From positions 156,088-220,087 of the IMG/VR virus record IMGVR_UViG_3300028887_000001: a DNA stretch of 64,000 nucleotides; one strand, written 5' to 3'. The translations under genes were made by a program, and so were the position numbers. This stretch comes from a virus (lineage: Duplodnaviria > Heunggongvirae > Uroviricota > Caudoviricetes). How positions within the stretch are numbered: position 1 is the first letter of the stretch; the number at the start of each line of letters is the position of its first letter. Below, piece by piece: positions 55,656 to 64,000 of this stretch. The notes below the pieces were generated by a model. That model searched no databases and was not told the DNA's origin. It saw nothing but the letters and a program-made list of their open reading frames with translations.

Positions 55656-56082
55656 ATATATTATATTGGATATTCATCTCATTAGATTCATTTAGGACAT
55701 GTTTCATTGATTCAACGATAACATCATGTAAATATGATTCACTCATCTTATCTCTCCAACCAATTCCGCTTATATACGACCTCTTACCGCTGTCAATATT
55801 ATCACTATTCTTCAGCATCCTAGCTTTACGGTTATTGTTGCCAGAAATGTATTCGTTATCCCAAGCGTATTTGAAATTATCATATTGTTCGCGGGCTTTC
55901 AATGTTCTTGGGTCATTCGGTCCGAATTTATCATAATAGACTTTATATTTTTTATACGCCTTATTTTGCGCACTCCACAATGTATCTGTTGATATTTCGT
56001 TTAGTGCTTTTTTCAAACTTTCTTTTATTACTTTTCGTAAATATGATTGTCCAATTTTTCTTTCCATTTTATTAATTTGCAA
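55654..56082 (-). CDS. hypothetical protein (142 aa) with two SYLxxVIxES(L/M)KxxLNE repeats
   Basis: SYLRKVIKESLKKALNE and SYLHDVIVESMKHVLNE. Confidence 0.45.
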   Translation of the reverse strand: MQINKMERKIGQSYLRKVIKESLKKALNEISTDTLWSAQNKAYKKYKVYYDKFGPNDPRTLKAREQYDNFKYAWDNEYISGNNNRKARMLKNSDNIDSGKRSYISGIGWRDKMSESYLHDVIVESMKHVLNESNEMNIQYNI

Positions 56083-56096
56083 TTTAATTATTTTTT

Positions 56097-56261
56097 ACCA
56101 ATTCAATAATGGGCTTTTCGGCTTATCTTCCAACTCATCCGATGTTGGGAAATACCCACCAATGTATTGCGCCCTAACACCTAATTCATTATACTCATAA
56201 TCGAGATGTTCCATTAGTTGATTCAAAACATCCTGGTCTGTAAACTTAATTTCTTCCATGA
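56097..56261 (-). CDS. possible small ORF (54 aa)
   Basis: Hand translation gives MEEIKFTDQDVLNQLMEHLDYEYNELGVRAQYIGGYFPTSDELEDKPKSPLLNW; below the ORF-track cutoff. Confidence 0.3.
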
Positions 56262-56303
56262 TAATAAAATTCTTTCTTATAAATATTGTCTATTTGAAAA
56301 AAA

Positions 56304-56330
56304 ATTAGTATTTTTGCACCGAAAAATGCA
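56304..56330 (+). promoter_or_regulatory. conserved promoter motif in plus orientation (TTAGTATTTTTGCACCG)
   Basis: Located about 10 nt upstream of the ATG at 56339. Confidence 0.55.
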
Positions 56331-56338
56331 TTAAAACT

Positions 56339-56581
56339 ATGAAAATAAAGCAATGGAAAAGTGATGAATTTTGCAAAATGGCCATTAAAAACGGTTTTAC
56401 TTTCAACCGGCAAACTGGCAGTCATTTGATTTATACAAATAAAGATGGAAGACACATGTCGATTCCACTTAATTTAAATAGTCTTATCGCAAAAAGGCTC
56501 ATAAAGGAAAACGGCTTAATTGTTATTGGCAAAAAAAACAATAAAAATAAGAAACAAGAAGCATGTTACCACTTGAAATAA
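56339..56581 (+). CDS. HicA/YcfA-like toxin-fold small protein
   Basis: MAIKNGFTFNRQTGSHLIYTNKDGRHMSIPLN...KRLIKENGL matches the HicA pattern GF...R..GSH..Y....GR...IP.H. Its end overlaps the primase start. Confidence 0.55.
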   Translation: MKIKQWKSDEFCKMAIKNGFTFNRQTGSHLIYTNKDGRHMSIPLNLNSLIAKRLIKENGLIVIGKKNNKNKKQEACYHLK

Positions 56582-57594
56582 AAAGAATGTACGATATTCT
56601 CGTCTCTTTTCTTGGAGATAGTAAGTCTGGGCTTGATGAAAGTCTTCAGCTTCAATTCTCGTGCCCTAAATGTCAAGAAAGAGATGGCACCCAAGAGCGT
56701 AACAAATATCATCTTGAAGTCAATCTTGCAAAGGGCCTATTTCATTGCTGGAAATGTTCTAGCATAGATGAAAATATGCAAGGGACGATTTATAAGCTCA
56801 TCAGAAAATACGGAAACAGCGAACTCCTGAGGCAGTATAAAGACGCAGTCAATGAATTCAAACAAACATCATTGTATGAGTTGAAGTTCACCGAAGATGA
56901 TTTTGCGGGAGATTATGCTGACCTCATTGATGACGGTCTTGCACTACCAAAAAACTATGTGAAATTCCAAAAGGGTGTAAATGATAAGACAAGGGCATTT
57001 CAATACCTCCAAAAAAGGGGCATAGATTGGCCCATAATCGAAGATTTTCACATTGGGTATACAACATACCAGGAAGACAATAAAAAGGGTTCAAATCGTA
57101 TTATTTTGCCATCATTCGACAAATATGGCGACCTCAACTATTGGACGGGAAGGGATTTTACCGGAAACGACAAGAGACAACGATACGATAACCCAAAAGT
57201 TGATAGGAAAAGCATTATATTCAATGAGGAAAAGGTTGTATGGAATGCCGACATAACTCTTGTTGAAGGTCCATTTGACTCAATTGTTGTTCCAAACTCA
57301 ATTCCGCTTCTTGGAAAACAGCTAAATGATGAATATAAGTTATACCATGAACTTTTCGAAAAGGCAAACGCAAACATCAATCTGTTTCTTGATGGTGATG
57401 CAATAGAAACAACAAAAAAATTATACTCAACACTCAACCAGGGAAGATTAAAGGATAGAATAAGACTGATTTATGTGCCAGTCGATGAAAATGACCTGGA
57501 CCCATCAAAAATATTCCAATTATGGGGGAGAAACGGTATAGTTAAGTTTATCAATTCGGCAAAAAAGATTAATAACGAAATATATAATATATGA
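56563..57594 (+). CDS. DnaG-like DNA primase (zinc ribbon plus TOPRIM)
   Basis: CPKCQ...H...HCWKC zinc-binding element, TOPRIM acidic motifs ITLVEGPFDSIVV and LFLDGDAIE. Confidence 0.75.
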   Translation: MLPLEIKRMYDILVSFLGDSKSGLDESLQLQFSCPKCQERDGTQERNKYHLEVNLAKGLFHCWKCSSIDENMQGTIYKLIRKYGNSELLRQYKDAVNEFKQTSLYELKFTEDDFAGDYADLIDDGLALPKNYVKFQKGVNDKTRAFQYLQKRGIDWPIIEDFHIGYTTYQEDNKKGSNRIILPSFDKYGDLNYWTGRDFTGNDKRQRYDNPKVDRKSIIFNEEKVVWNADITLVEGPFDSIVVPNSIPLLGKQLNDEYKLYHELFEKANANINLFLDGDAIETTKKLYSTLNQGRLKDRIRLIYVPVDENDLDPSKIFQLWGRNGIVKFINSAKKINNEIYNI

Positions 57595-58427
57595 TTAAGA
57601 GAATTTATCAAATTGCAGATGTTCATATCCCGACATATAACAAAAAGGATATGTATTATGACCAACTACAAAAACTTATTGACGAAATAAGAAATGATGT
57701 TGATTCAAGTGGCCTTGACGGTGATGAAATAAGAATTGTTATTTGTGGCGACCTTGTAAACTCAAAGAATCAGGTGACAAATGAGCTTTATGATTTTACA
57801 TCATACTTTATAAGGGCACTGTCATCAATAGCAAAGGTTATATGTATTGCCGGAAATCATGACCTTATCGAGAGCAACACATCGAGAACCGACACGCTTA
57901 CTGGTATTTTCCACGCATCACAATTCGAAAACGCATATTTCATTGACGAACAATTGGATTATTGCAGTGGTGTTGTAAACGATGATAACGTCATATGGGC
58001 TTTATACAGTTTCTATGATGGATATTGTGCGCCAGATATCTATTCCGCAAAGAAAGAACATCCGGAAAGTACCGTGTTCGGATTATATCATGGCCAAGTT
58101 GTTGGTACAAAACTATATAACGGAACTGTGGCTCAAGACGGTCAGGGGAGTGAGATATTCGATGGGTGCGACTATGTTTTGGCTGGTCACATACACAAAA
58201 GGCAAGAAATTGATAAAGGAAATTGCAAAATAGTTTATTCTGGCTCTGTTATACAAAAAGATTATGGAGAAACAGTATCAGAGCACGGATATGCAATATG
58301 GGAGTTAACGGACGAAGGTTATGATTACAGATTTGTTGATTTGCCAAGTGAATATGGATACTATAAAATATCAATAAACTCAATTGATGACATAAAAAAA
58401 GACAAGGAAGTGTTTGAAAACGAATAA
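57591..58427 (+). CDS. sbcD: SbcD/Mre11-family metallophosphoesterase nuclease
   Basis: IADVHIP (motif I), VICGDLVN (II), AGNHD (III), GLYHG and AGHIH motifs. Confidence 0.75.
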   Translation: MIKRIYQIADVHIPTYNKKDMYYDQLQKLIDEIRNDVDSSGLDGDEIRIVICGDLVNSKNQVTNELYDFTSYFIRALSSIAKVICIAGNHDLIESNTSRTDTLTGIFHASQFENAYFIDEQLDYCSGVVNDDNVIWALYSFYDGYCAPDIYSAKKEHPESTVFGLYHGQVVGTKLYNGTVAQDGQGSEIFDGCDYVLAGHIHKRQEIDKGNCKIVYSGSVIQKDYGETVSEHGYAIWELTDEGYDYRFVDLPSEYGYYKISINSIDDIKKDKEVFENE

Positions 58428-58456
58428 GCGGAGCAATAAACTCCGCTTATTTTATT
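58426..58456. terminator. bidirectional rho-independent terminator
   Basis: aagcggag/ctccgctt hairpin plus a T-run; the stop codon is inside the stem. Confidence 0.6.
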
Positions 58457-61400
58457 AAAGTCTACCAGGTCCAACAACTGGGCCGCCTGGATTAACAACA
58501 GGTTCTGTCCCAGGGCTTTCTTGTTCACCAGCTTCATATTCTTCTCTTCCCATGAATTCAACACTAACAATAGCAGTTGATGGTATCACTTGTTCTACAT
58601 ATGGCATCACTTTACACTGTATGTATTTTACATATTCTTGGCCTTCTTTTCCATAAATGTCATCAACGTAGAAGTTTATCTTCATTTGTTTTGTGTTAAT
58701 GATTTGTGATGAAACGCCATCTGCGTTTGTAATACCTGAAACAAATGCGTAATCATCCATTTGTGATATGGAGGATTTGTCGTCAATATCATAAGATTGA
58801 ATAACCGATGGTGATGGTGTGTATTTGTCAATGAATGCATGGACTTTTTCGTCCGCAATCAGCGGATTTGTGCTATCAGTACTCGTATACATAGTAAACC
58901 CATACCCACTTATCTCATTGTATACATCATCAACGTTTGAGAAACATGTTTCATCAAAATATCTGTTTTCATAAGCATATTTAAATAGGTGCTCAAACCT
59001 GCTTATGTATTCTTTACCATTATCATATACATAATTCCCCAAATGCGGATTATTTCCATAATACTTGTCAACAATTGAATCAAGAACCTGTAATTTACCA
59101 TCATCATTCTTTATTTGTTGCCAGCCATTACTTCCAATCTTATCACTACCTTCAATAGATGATAATTCAAAATAGTGACTTACAGCAACACCATCCTCAT
59201 ATGAACCATTTATAAATAATAATGACGTTTCTGGTGTCAATGCATATGACATATCATCGTCACTGTAAACAGTATCTGCTGACAGTGTGAATGCGCTTAC
59301 CCTATTTCCGGTATAAAATATCTTTATTGCAGAGCCATCAGCATACAAATCAAGATTGTATTGTGTTATTCCACCCTCATCTCTTGGGTCACTGACGGTT
59401 ATCACGCCACCATATAGCTCACCACCAACTGAAATTGAGCCATCATATACATAAGCTTCAAAATACATCTCATTTTCTCCACTTAATGCAATATCCTTTA
59501 TCTCATACGGATACCCGTTGATAAGAGCAAATCTGTCGCTGGTATCTGTTACATAATATATTACATTATCAGTTAAATCACCAATTGGCTGAGACACCAA
59601 CTCTCTCATATTGTTAACTGCACGAACATTTCTAAGTGTTTCTGTGTAATTTTTGTAATTACTATTGCCATACCACTCAACAATTTTCCACGCATAACTA
59701 GAACCATTACGAACGCACTCAATAATAGAACCCGCCGGATAAATGCCCTTTGGAGACTTGAATTTTATATTTGATACTATTTCTGCTGGATGGTTATCAA
59801 CAAAACCATCAGAAATGAAACAAGAATAAGACGGCCCAATAATCGTACTACAAGTTCCAAGCTTAATTTTATCATCTGCTATGTACAGTTTACCAAGATA
59901 ACTTGCTGTTGCAGCAGAATGTGGCCACACTTCCAACCCATTAGATTTTAACATCATGAACACCTTATCATCTTCATCAAATCTATATGGGTAATAATTC
60001 ATCCACCCACCATTCATCTGATAGTACATATCACCGTCATATATTCCATTTGAGTTGAAGTTTGGATAGAGTTTTCTTGTTATTGTGCCTTCGTTGTCAA
60101 CATCTCTGTAAGCAACTGGCAAACCCTGATATTCTATATATTCACCATTAAGATATGACTGTGTTTGGTATGGTATTGTTTTACATGAGTTATACCAGTC
60201 CATCTTGTACATTCTGTGTTGCTGACTATCAAATTCATCCTCAATTGGCGGTGTGAAAATGGTGTATTCCTCGACATCGAAATCATACTCATCAGAAGAT
60301 GAACCGCACCACCTCTTACTTCTCATACCAAATAACGACAGCATTGACTCTATTGATTCAACAGTACCCTTCTTCCTTAAAATCTGTTTTGAGTTTATTC
60401 TAAGTCTTTTCATAAACTCATTATTGATGGTTGGTAATGTAACCTGATATGCCTCAGAATAGTCTTTAATGACATTCAAAACATCACCATCAACAACAAC
60501 ATATGTTTGGCCACTGTAATTCTCATTCTGGATTTCTTCCTTCACTGGCTCACCCCCAGAACAATGTTCATAGTAAGCATTTGGCCCACCAAAGTAAGGT
60601 GAAATTATAAGTGCTGTGTTTTCGCTAAATTTTCTAGAATAAATGTTTCCTGTTTGTGCAGAAATAGACCATATTCCACTACTTGTAACATCAACATATT
60701 CACCAGATGTTGATGCTGAGTATTCCTTTAAATCATATGGGTATACAGAATTAACAACCCAACCGTCTGTATCAAGAGAATCTGTCAGGAAATAGTCGCT
60801 TAAATTGTCCCTTCCTGAGTATGTTACGGTATTATAATAACCAATTGTGTCAATATATGCTTTTTCTTGGTCAAAGACATAACCCATAACCCTTACAAGT
60901 GCAGAAAACTTCTTCCCAGTTTTAAGGTATTCGTTATCTGCCGGCCCATCATTGCCATTGAAAGTATTTGTCCAGTCAAGATTCTTTAATGAATCATGCG
61001 TCATCATTCTGTAAAGATTGTCGGTGTATGTATCATCATAATAAACACCAATCTTAGCAAGGCCATTGACATATTTCTGCATTTGAATTCCATCAGACTC
61101 AAGGTTATAATGGCTTATTGTGGTTGGGAACACAAATGTTTCTATGTTTCTCTGGGTTATACTATCACCTTCACTTAAAACCTCAAAATTTGCAGTATTT
61201 TTAATACCACTGAACTCGCCCATCAAACACTTTCCAAATAAATCAAGATTATCAATAAATTCATCATAAAACCACAAATCCATTCTAGGTCTTATGTGTA
61301 TTGATATATCTCCATCATTTTCTCCAGTATTCAATATGTAATTAACCTTAAGTGCATTATCCCAATAAGCATAAATAACATAAGATGACTCGGTATCATT

Positions 61401-62312
61401 TACATTTGTTGTTATGGTTATTTTTGCAAAAAACATATTTTTGCATGGGCCAGTTATCTTTGTTGCCCCAGAATAAGAAACACCGCCAAAAGACCCATTT
61501 TCGTCAATTTCTGCATCATCCACATCGAAACATTCAACAAACACATATTTGTTGTCCGTAACAACAACCCCACAAACGTGCCATTTGTTTCCGTTTACAG
61601 TATATTCATCACCGACATTGACATTTGCATTTTTATCAACAGCACAGTTGTATATTGCAACCGTTTCTACGTTCCATGTGAAGTCGTATCCGCTTATTGG
61701 GTCATTATCATTGTCAAAGTATAAACCATAATTATCGATACCACCATTATAAAAATGACCAAGAACATCATCAGAAAGATTTTGTTGTGCATTTTCATTA
61801 TAGATGTCTATTGAACCAGGGTTTTCAACAGGATAGCAATTTCCACTTGGTATGACAAGAGTCCCTTCATTTAATTCGTCAATTTTATTTGTGATAAACA
61901 ACTCATATGGATAAGTTGTTAATATCTTAGACACCGTGTTTTCAACCAAAGACGATAAACTCCCAAAATATGAAAAAGACCTTAAATCCATAAAGTCATT
62001 CTTTGGTGTTATGTTCTTTTCAATTGAGCCATAAACATCACTAGAATGCTGAGACAATATTGCATTATCCCACATATCAGAATTATAACCAGACGCAAGC
62101 CATGATGATTTTCTGATATGTCTTGATGGAGAAGATGAATTGTTGACAACAATGACAAAATTTCCACTTTGATAAACAGTTGCCAAACCCCTGGCAAATG
62201 TGTTTGCTCCACCAACGGTGCTTATATCCCTTTCAAAAATGGTACCATTGTTAACCAATTGGTGCCTTTCCTGGATTCTATAATTTGAATGACTTTTTAC
62301 GTAACCTATCAT
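58455..62312 (-). CDS. very large (1285 aa) probable virion structural protein (tail fiber/spike-like)
   Basis: Longest ORF in the window, no enzymatic motifs, Gly/Pro-rich C-terminus, followed by further structural-looking genes. Confidence 0.45.
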   Translation of the reverse strand: MIGYVKSHSNYRIQERHQLVNNGTIFERDISTVGGANTFARGLATVYQSGNFVIVVNNSSSPSRHIRKSSWLASGYNSDMWDNAILSQHSSDVYGSIEKNITPKNDFMDLRSFSYFGSLSSLVENTVSKILTTYPYELFITNKIDELNEGTLVIPSGNCYPVENPGSIDIYNENAQQNLSDDVLGHFYNGGIDNYGLYFDNDNDPISGYDFTWNVETVAIYNCAVDKNANVNVGDEYTVNGNKWHVCGVVVTDNKYVFVECFDVDDAEIDENGSFGGVSYSGATKITGPCKNMFFAKITITTNVNDTESSYVIYAYWDNALKVNYILNTGENDGDISIHIRPRMDLWFYDEFIDNLDLFGKCLMGEFSGIKNTANFEVLSEGDSITQRNIETFVFPTTISHYNLESDGIQMQKYVNGLAKIGVYYDDTYTDNLYRMMTHDSLKNLDWTNTFNGNDGPADNEYLKTGKKFSALVRVMGYVFDQEKAYIDTIGYYNTVTYSGRDNLSDYFLTDSLDTDGWVVNSVYPYDLKEYSASTSGEYVDVTSSGIWSISAQTGNIYSRKFSENTALIISPYFGGPNAYYEHCSGGEPVKEEIQNENYSGQTYVVVDGDVLNVIKDYSEAYQVTLPTINNEFMKRLRINSKQILRKKGTVESIESMLSLFGMRSKRWCGSSSDEYDFDVEEYTIFTPPIEDEFDSQQHRMYKMDWYNSCKTIPYQTQSYLNGEYIEYQGLPVAYRDVDNEGTITRKLYPNFNSNGIYDGDMYYQMNGGWMNYYPYRFDEDDKVFMMLKSNGLEVWPHSAATASYLGKLYIADDKIKLGTCSTIIGPSYSCFISDGFVDNHPAEIVSNIKFKSPKGIYPAGSIIECVRNGSSYAWKIVEWYGNSNYKNYTETLRNVRAVNNMRELVSQPIGDLTDNVIYYVTDTSDRFALINGYPYEIKDIALSGENEMYFEAYVYDGSISVGGELYGGVITVSDPRDEGGITQYNLDLYADGSAIKIFYTGNRVSAFTLSADTVYSDDDMSYALTPETSLLFINGSYEDGVAVSHYFELSSIEGSDKIGSNGWQQIKNDDGKLQVLDSIVDKYYGNNPHLGNYVYDNGKEYISRFEHLFKYAYENRYFDETCFSNVDDVYNEISGYGFTMYTSTDSTNPLIADEKVHAFIDKYTPSPSVIQSYDIDDKSSISQMDDYAFVSGITNADGVSSQIINTKQMKINFYVDDIYGKEGQEYVKYIQCKVMPYVEQVIPSTAIVSVEFMGREEYEAGEQESPGTEPVVNPGGPVVGPGRL

Positions 62313-62317
62313 AAAAA

Positions 62318-63247
62318 CTATTGCAGTTTATCTGTTATTGTTTGTGAAAAATCAATGTTATTTCCACGCTTCTCCCTGATTTCATATTGTGGAACACCTG
62401 TTTCAGTCTTCTTGAGTGTAGACATTTCATGTTGCATGAATATGTTGTTATTCTCATCATAAGTCGTGATAAGACCATTGTTAAGGTCTCTAAGCTGGCT
62501 TCCACTAATCATTGTTGCAAGTGTATCTGCATCATTAGCAACCATCTCTAATTCAATACAAATTGGTTCAAAAAGTGTATTGACCAAATATGCATTCTGT
62601 GTTGCCTTACCTATATATGGCGTTGAATTTGCCTTAAAACTAAGGGCACTTGACGGCGTAAATGTTAAGAACGTAAATGTGCTATTCTCATTATATTGGT
62701 ATGAGTATGTTTGCACATTCGTTGTCGTGGCAACATTTGTGATTGGCTGGCACTTATTGTTTGATGTGACAATTCTAACATTATTATCCCTTTCATCACC
62801 ATCCCTTAATATCATTCTGTAACCAACAAGGCCATTATTCTTTGACGCATCGTTCTTTATTTCGTCTGGTAATGCTTTTAAATCCAAAACAACACCCCTG
62901 ACACTTGGGAAATCTTTCAGTGTTGATACATCCAAAATTGTCACAGGAACCTCTCTTGGTTTTATGTATATTGTATAAAAACCCTTATTACCAAAAATGT
63001 TTGCTGGCAATTTAAGGTTATACAAACCATCAACAATGTTATCAACTCCAGTATCTTCATCTGATGTCGAACGAATCCCACTTAAAAAACCATTAACATC
63101 GTTATATGGAACCCTAACAAAAGGAGCACCATCAACATCCGTATTGTTCCTTGTTGGTGAATAACTATAATATATGTCAACGTAATTCTGTATATTATTG
63201 TCATCTATAAGTGTTGGAATCATTGTTCCAAAAACGCCATTTGCCAT
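62318..63247 (-). CDS. hypothetical protein (309 aa), probable structural module
   Basis: Immediately upstream of the 1285-aa ORF on the same strand. Confidence 0.4.
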   Translation of the reverse strand: MANGVFGTMIPTLIDDNNIQNYVDIYYSYSPTRNNTDVDGAPFVRVPYNDVNGFLSGIRSTSDEDTGVDNIVDGLYNLKLPANIFGNKGFYTIYIKPREVPVTILDVSTLKDFPSVRGVVLDLKALPDEIKNDASKNNGLVGYRMILRDGDERDNNVRIVTSNNKCQPITNVATTTNVQTYSYQYNENSTFTFLTFTPSSALSFKANSTPYIGKATQNAYLVNTLFEPICIELEMVANDADTLATMISGSQLRDLNNGLITTYDENNNIFMQHEMSTLKKTETGVPQYEIREKRGNNIDFSQTITDKLQ

Positions 63248-63273
63248 ATCTGTACTCTTTATTTCAGTTTAAA

Positions 63274-64000
63274 TTAAATAATACCCTCATCAACATTGTA
63301 TATATCAAACATCTTGTTTCCGTAATTCTCAAGCTGTTCGAAATCTCTCACCTCACCAATCCTCAAAAGTTTATCGAGGACTGTAACATATCCCCTATCT
63401 ATATAAATATTGTCCACCGTCTTTTCAACCATAGAAAAATCCAATAATTCTTCTTTTCTCAACACTGGACAAACAACATTTTGTGTTTGTGTAAACCCAC
63501 TTGGTTTAAAGAAGAAATCAGTCATATATGCTTGAACATATTTACCCTGGTCATCGGAATATACACTTTCTTCATTCTTCACAATTTTGTAATATCTTAC
63601 CGGATATGCTTCCGTCTGTGATAAATGATATTGACAAGTTGTTTCTTCAAGCGTACAATGGTCAACACACGTCAAATGAGTGTCACCAGATACACTAATT
63701 GTCTTGTCGTCACCGACACTAAACGTACAGCCCTTATAATATGTAAAGTCTGCATATAATTTTCCATCACTTGGGATGGTATTTTCTGTATTAACGGCAT
63801 CAACACATATTTGTAATTTTTCCATCACATCATCAACAGACACAACTTCATCCGCAGATATGATTTGTTCGCTACCATTTAAAACATCTCCATTAATATC
63901 TTTGCCATAAAATCTTATGCTATAAAGCACGTCACCAAAATAAACCTTATCAATAACCTTATTACCACCAACAATAGTTGACGCATTCGCGTATTTTCCA
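63274..64000 (-). CDS. hypothetical protein, partial (continues beyond the window end)
   Basis: The ORF-track start at 63930 is a GTG; the same frame stays open to position 64000. Confidence 0.4.
   Translation of the reverse strand, partial: GKYANASTIVGGNKVIDKVYFGDVLYSIRFYGKDINGDVLNGSEQIISADEVVSVDDVMEKLQICVDAVNTENTIPSDGKLYADFTYYKGCTFSVGDDKTISVSGDTHLTCVDHCTLEETTCQYHLSQTEAYPVRYYKIVKNEESVYSDDQGKYVQAYMTDFFFKPSGFTQTQNVVCPVLRKEELLDFSMVEKTVDNIYIDRGYVTVLDKLLRIGEVRDFEQLENYGNKMFDIYNVDEGII

Noticed and set aside
56246-56455. Minus-strand 69-aa ORF
   Set aside because: It spans the plus-orientation promoter motif and the 5' end of the HicA-like gene. The minus-strand small ORF 56097..56261 is more plausible.
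1-64000. Stop-codon reassignment (TAG or TGA recoding, as in some phages of Bacteroidota)
   Set aside because: Long ORFs of 835, 817 and 1285 aa read cleanly under the standard code, and all three stops are used as terminators. The single in-frame TAA in the LRR gene is therefore treated as a local event.
1-64000. Integrase, excisionase or attachment site indicating a prophage
   Set aside because: No tyrosine or serine recombinase motifs were seen in any frame. The tRNA fragment is better explained by the neighbouring HNH element. The region looks like part of a lytic-type genome.

Overview
This window looks like part of a large, AT-rich dsDNA phage genome whose host is a member of Bacteroidota. 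Three things support the host call: twelve or more copies of a promoter motif containing the Bacteroides-type -7 box TAnnTTTG, lipoprotein signal peptides of the Bacteroidota kind, and a BspA-type leucine-rich-repeat protein. Genes sit in alternating strand blocks separated by bidirectional rho-independent terminators.

Content I can support:
- **Replication and recombination:** DnaG-like primase, UvrD-like helicase, SbcC/SbcD, RuvC-like resolvase, and a PD-(D/E)xK nuclease.
- **Nucleotide metabolism:** a ThyA-family enzyme with two insertions, a T4-gp1-like dNMP kinase, an IMPDH/GMP-reductase-like protein next to a nucleoside-2-deoxyribosyltransferase-like protein, and a large protein with a phosphoribosyltransferase domain.
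- **Other recognisable genes:** a sigma-70 family factor, a ClpB-like Hsp100 chaperone, an HNH homing endonuclease, and an orphan HicA-like domain.
- **Glycan enzymes (the most striking part):** two tandem duplicated two-domain glycosyltransferases followed by UDP-galactopyranose mutase (glf), a Stealth-like hexose-phosphate transferase candidate, and a third GT-A-like gene.
- **Envelope-directed proteins:** OmpA-like, RlpA-like, SPFH lipoprotein, and small lipoproteins.
- **Virion candidates:** several large probable structural proteins, including a 1285-aa protein and one with a metallophosphoesterase domain.

The observations that are new here:
- A candidate tRNA-Gln with its own promoter.
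- A tRNA 3' fragment beside the HNH gene.
- An in-frame TAA splitting one of two LRR paralogs.
- A recurring N-terminal ESQL peptide motif across at least six ORFs.
- A radical-SAM-like gene followed by two proteins that share only a 20-aa N-terminus.
- An AT-rich palindromic strand-switch region that could be an origin.

No integrase, CRISPR array or rRNA was found. Many ORF-track N-termini are over-extended through promoters or terminators because of alternative start codons, and I have corrected those starts where the sequence justifies it.
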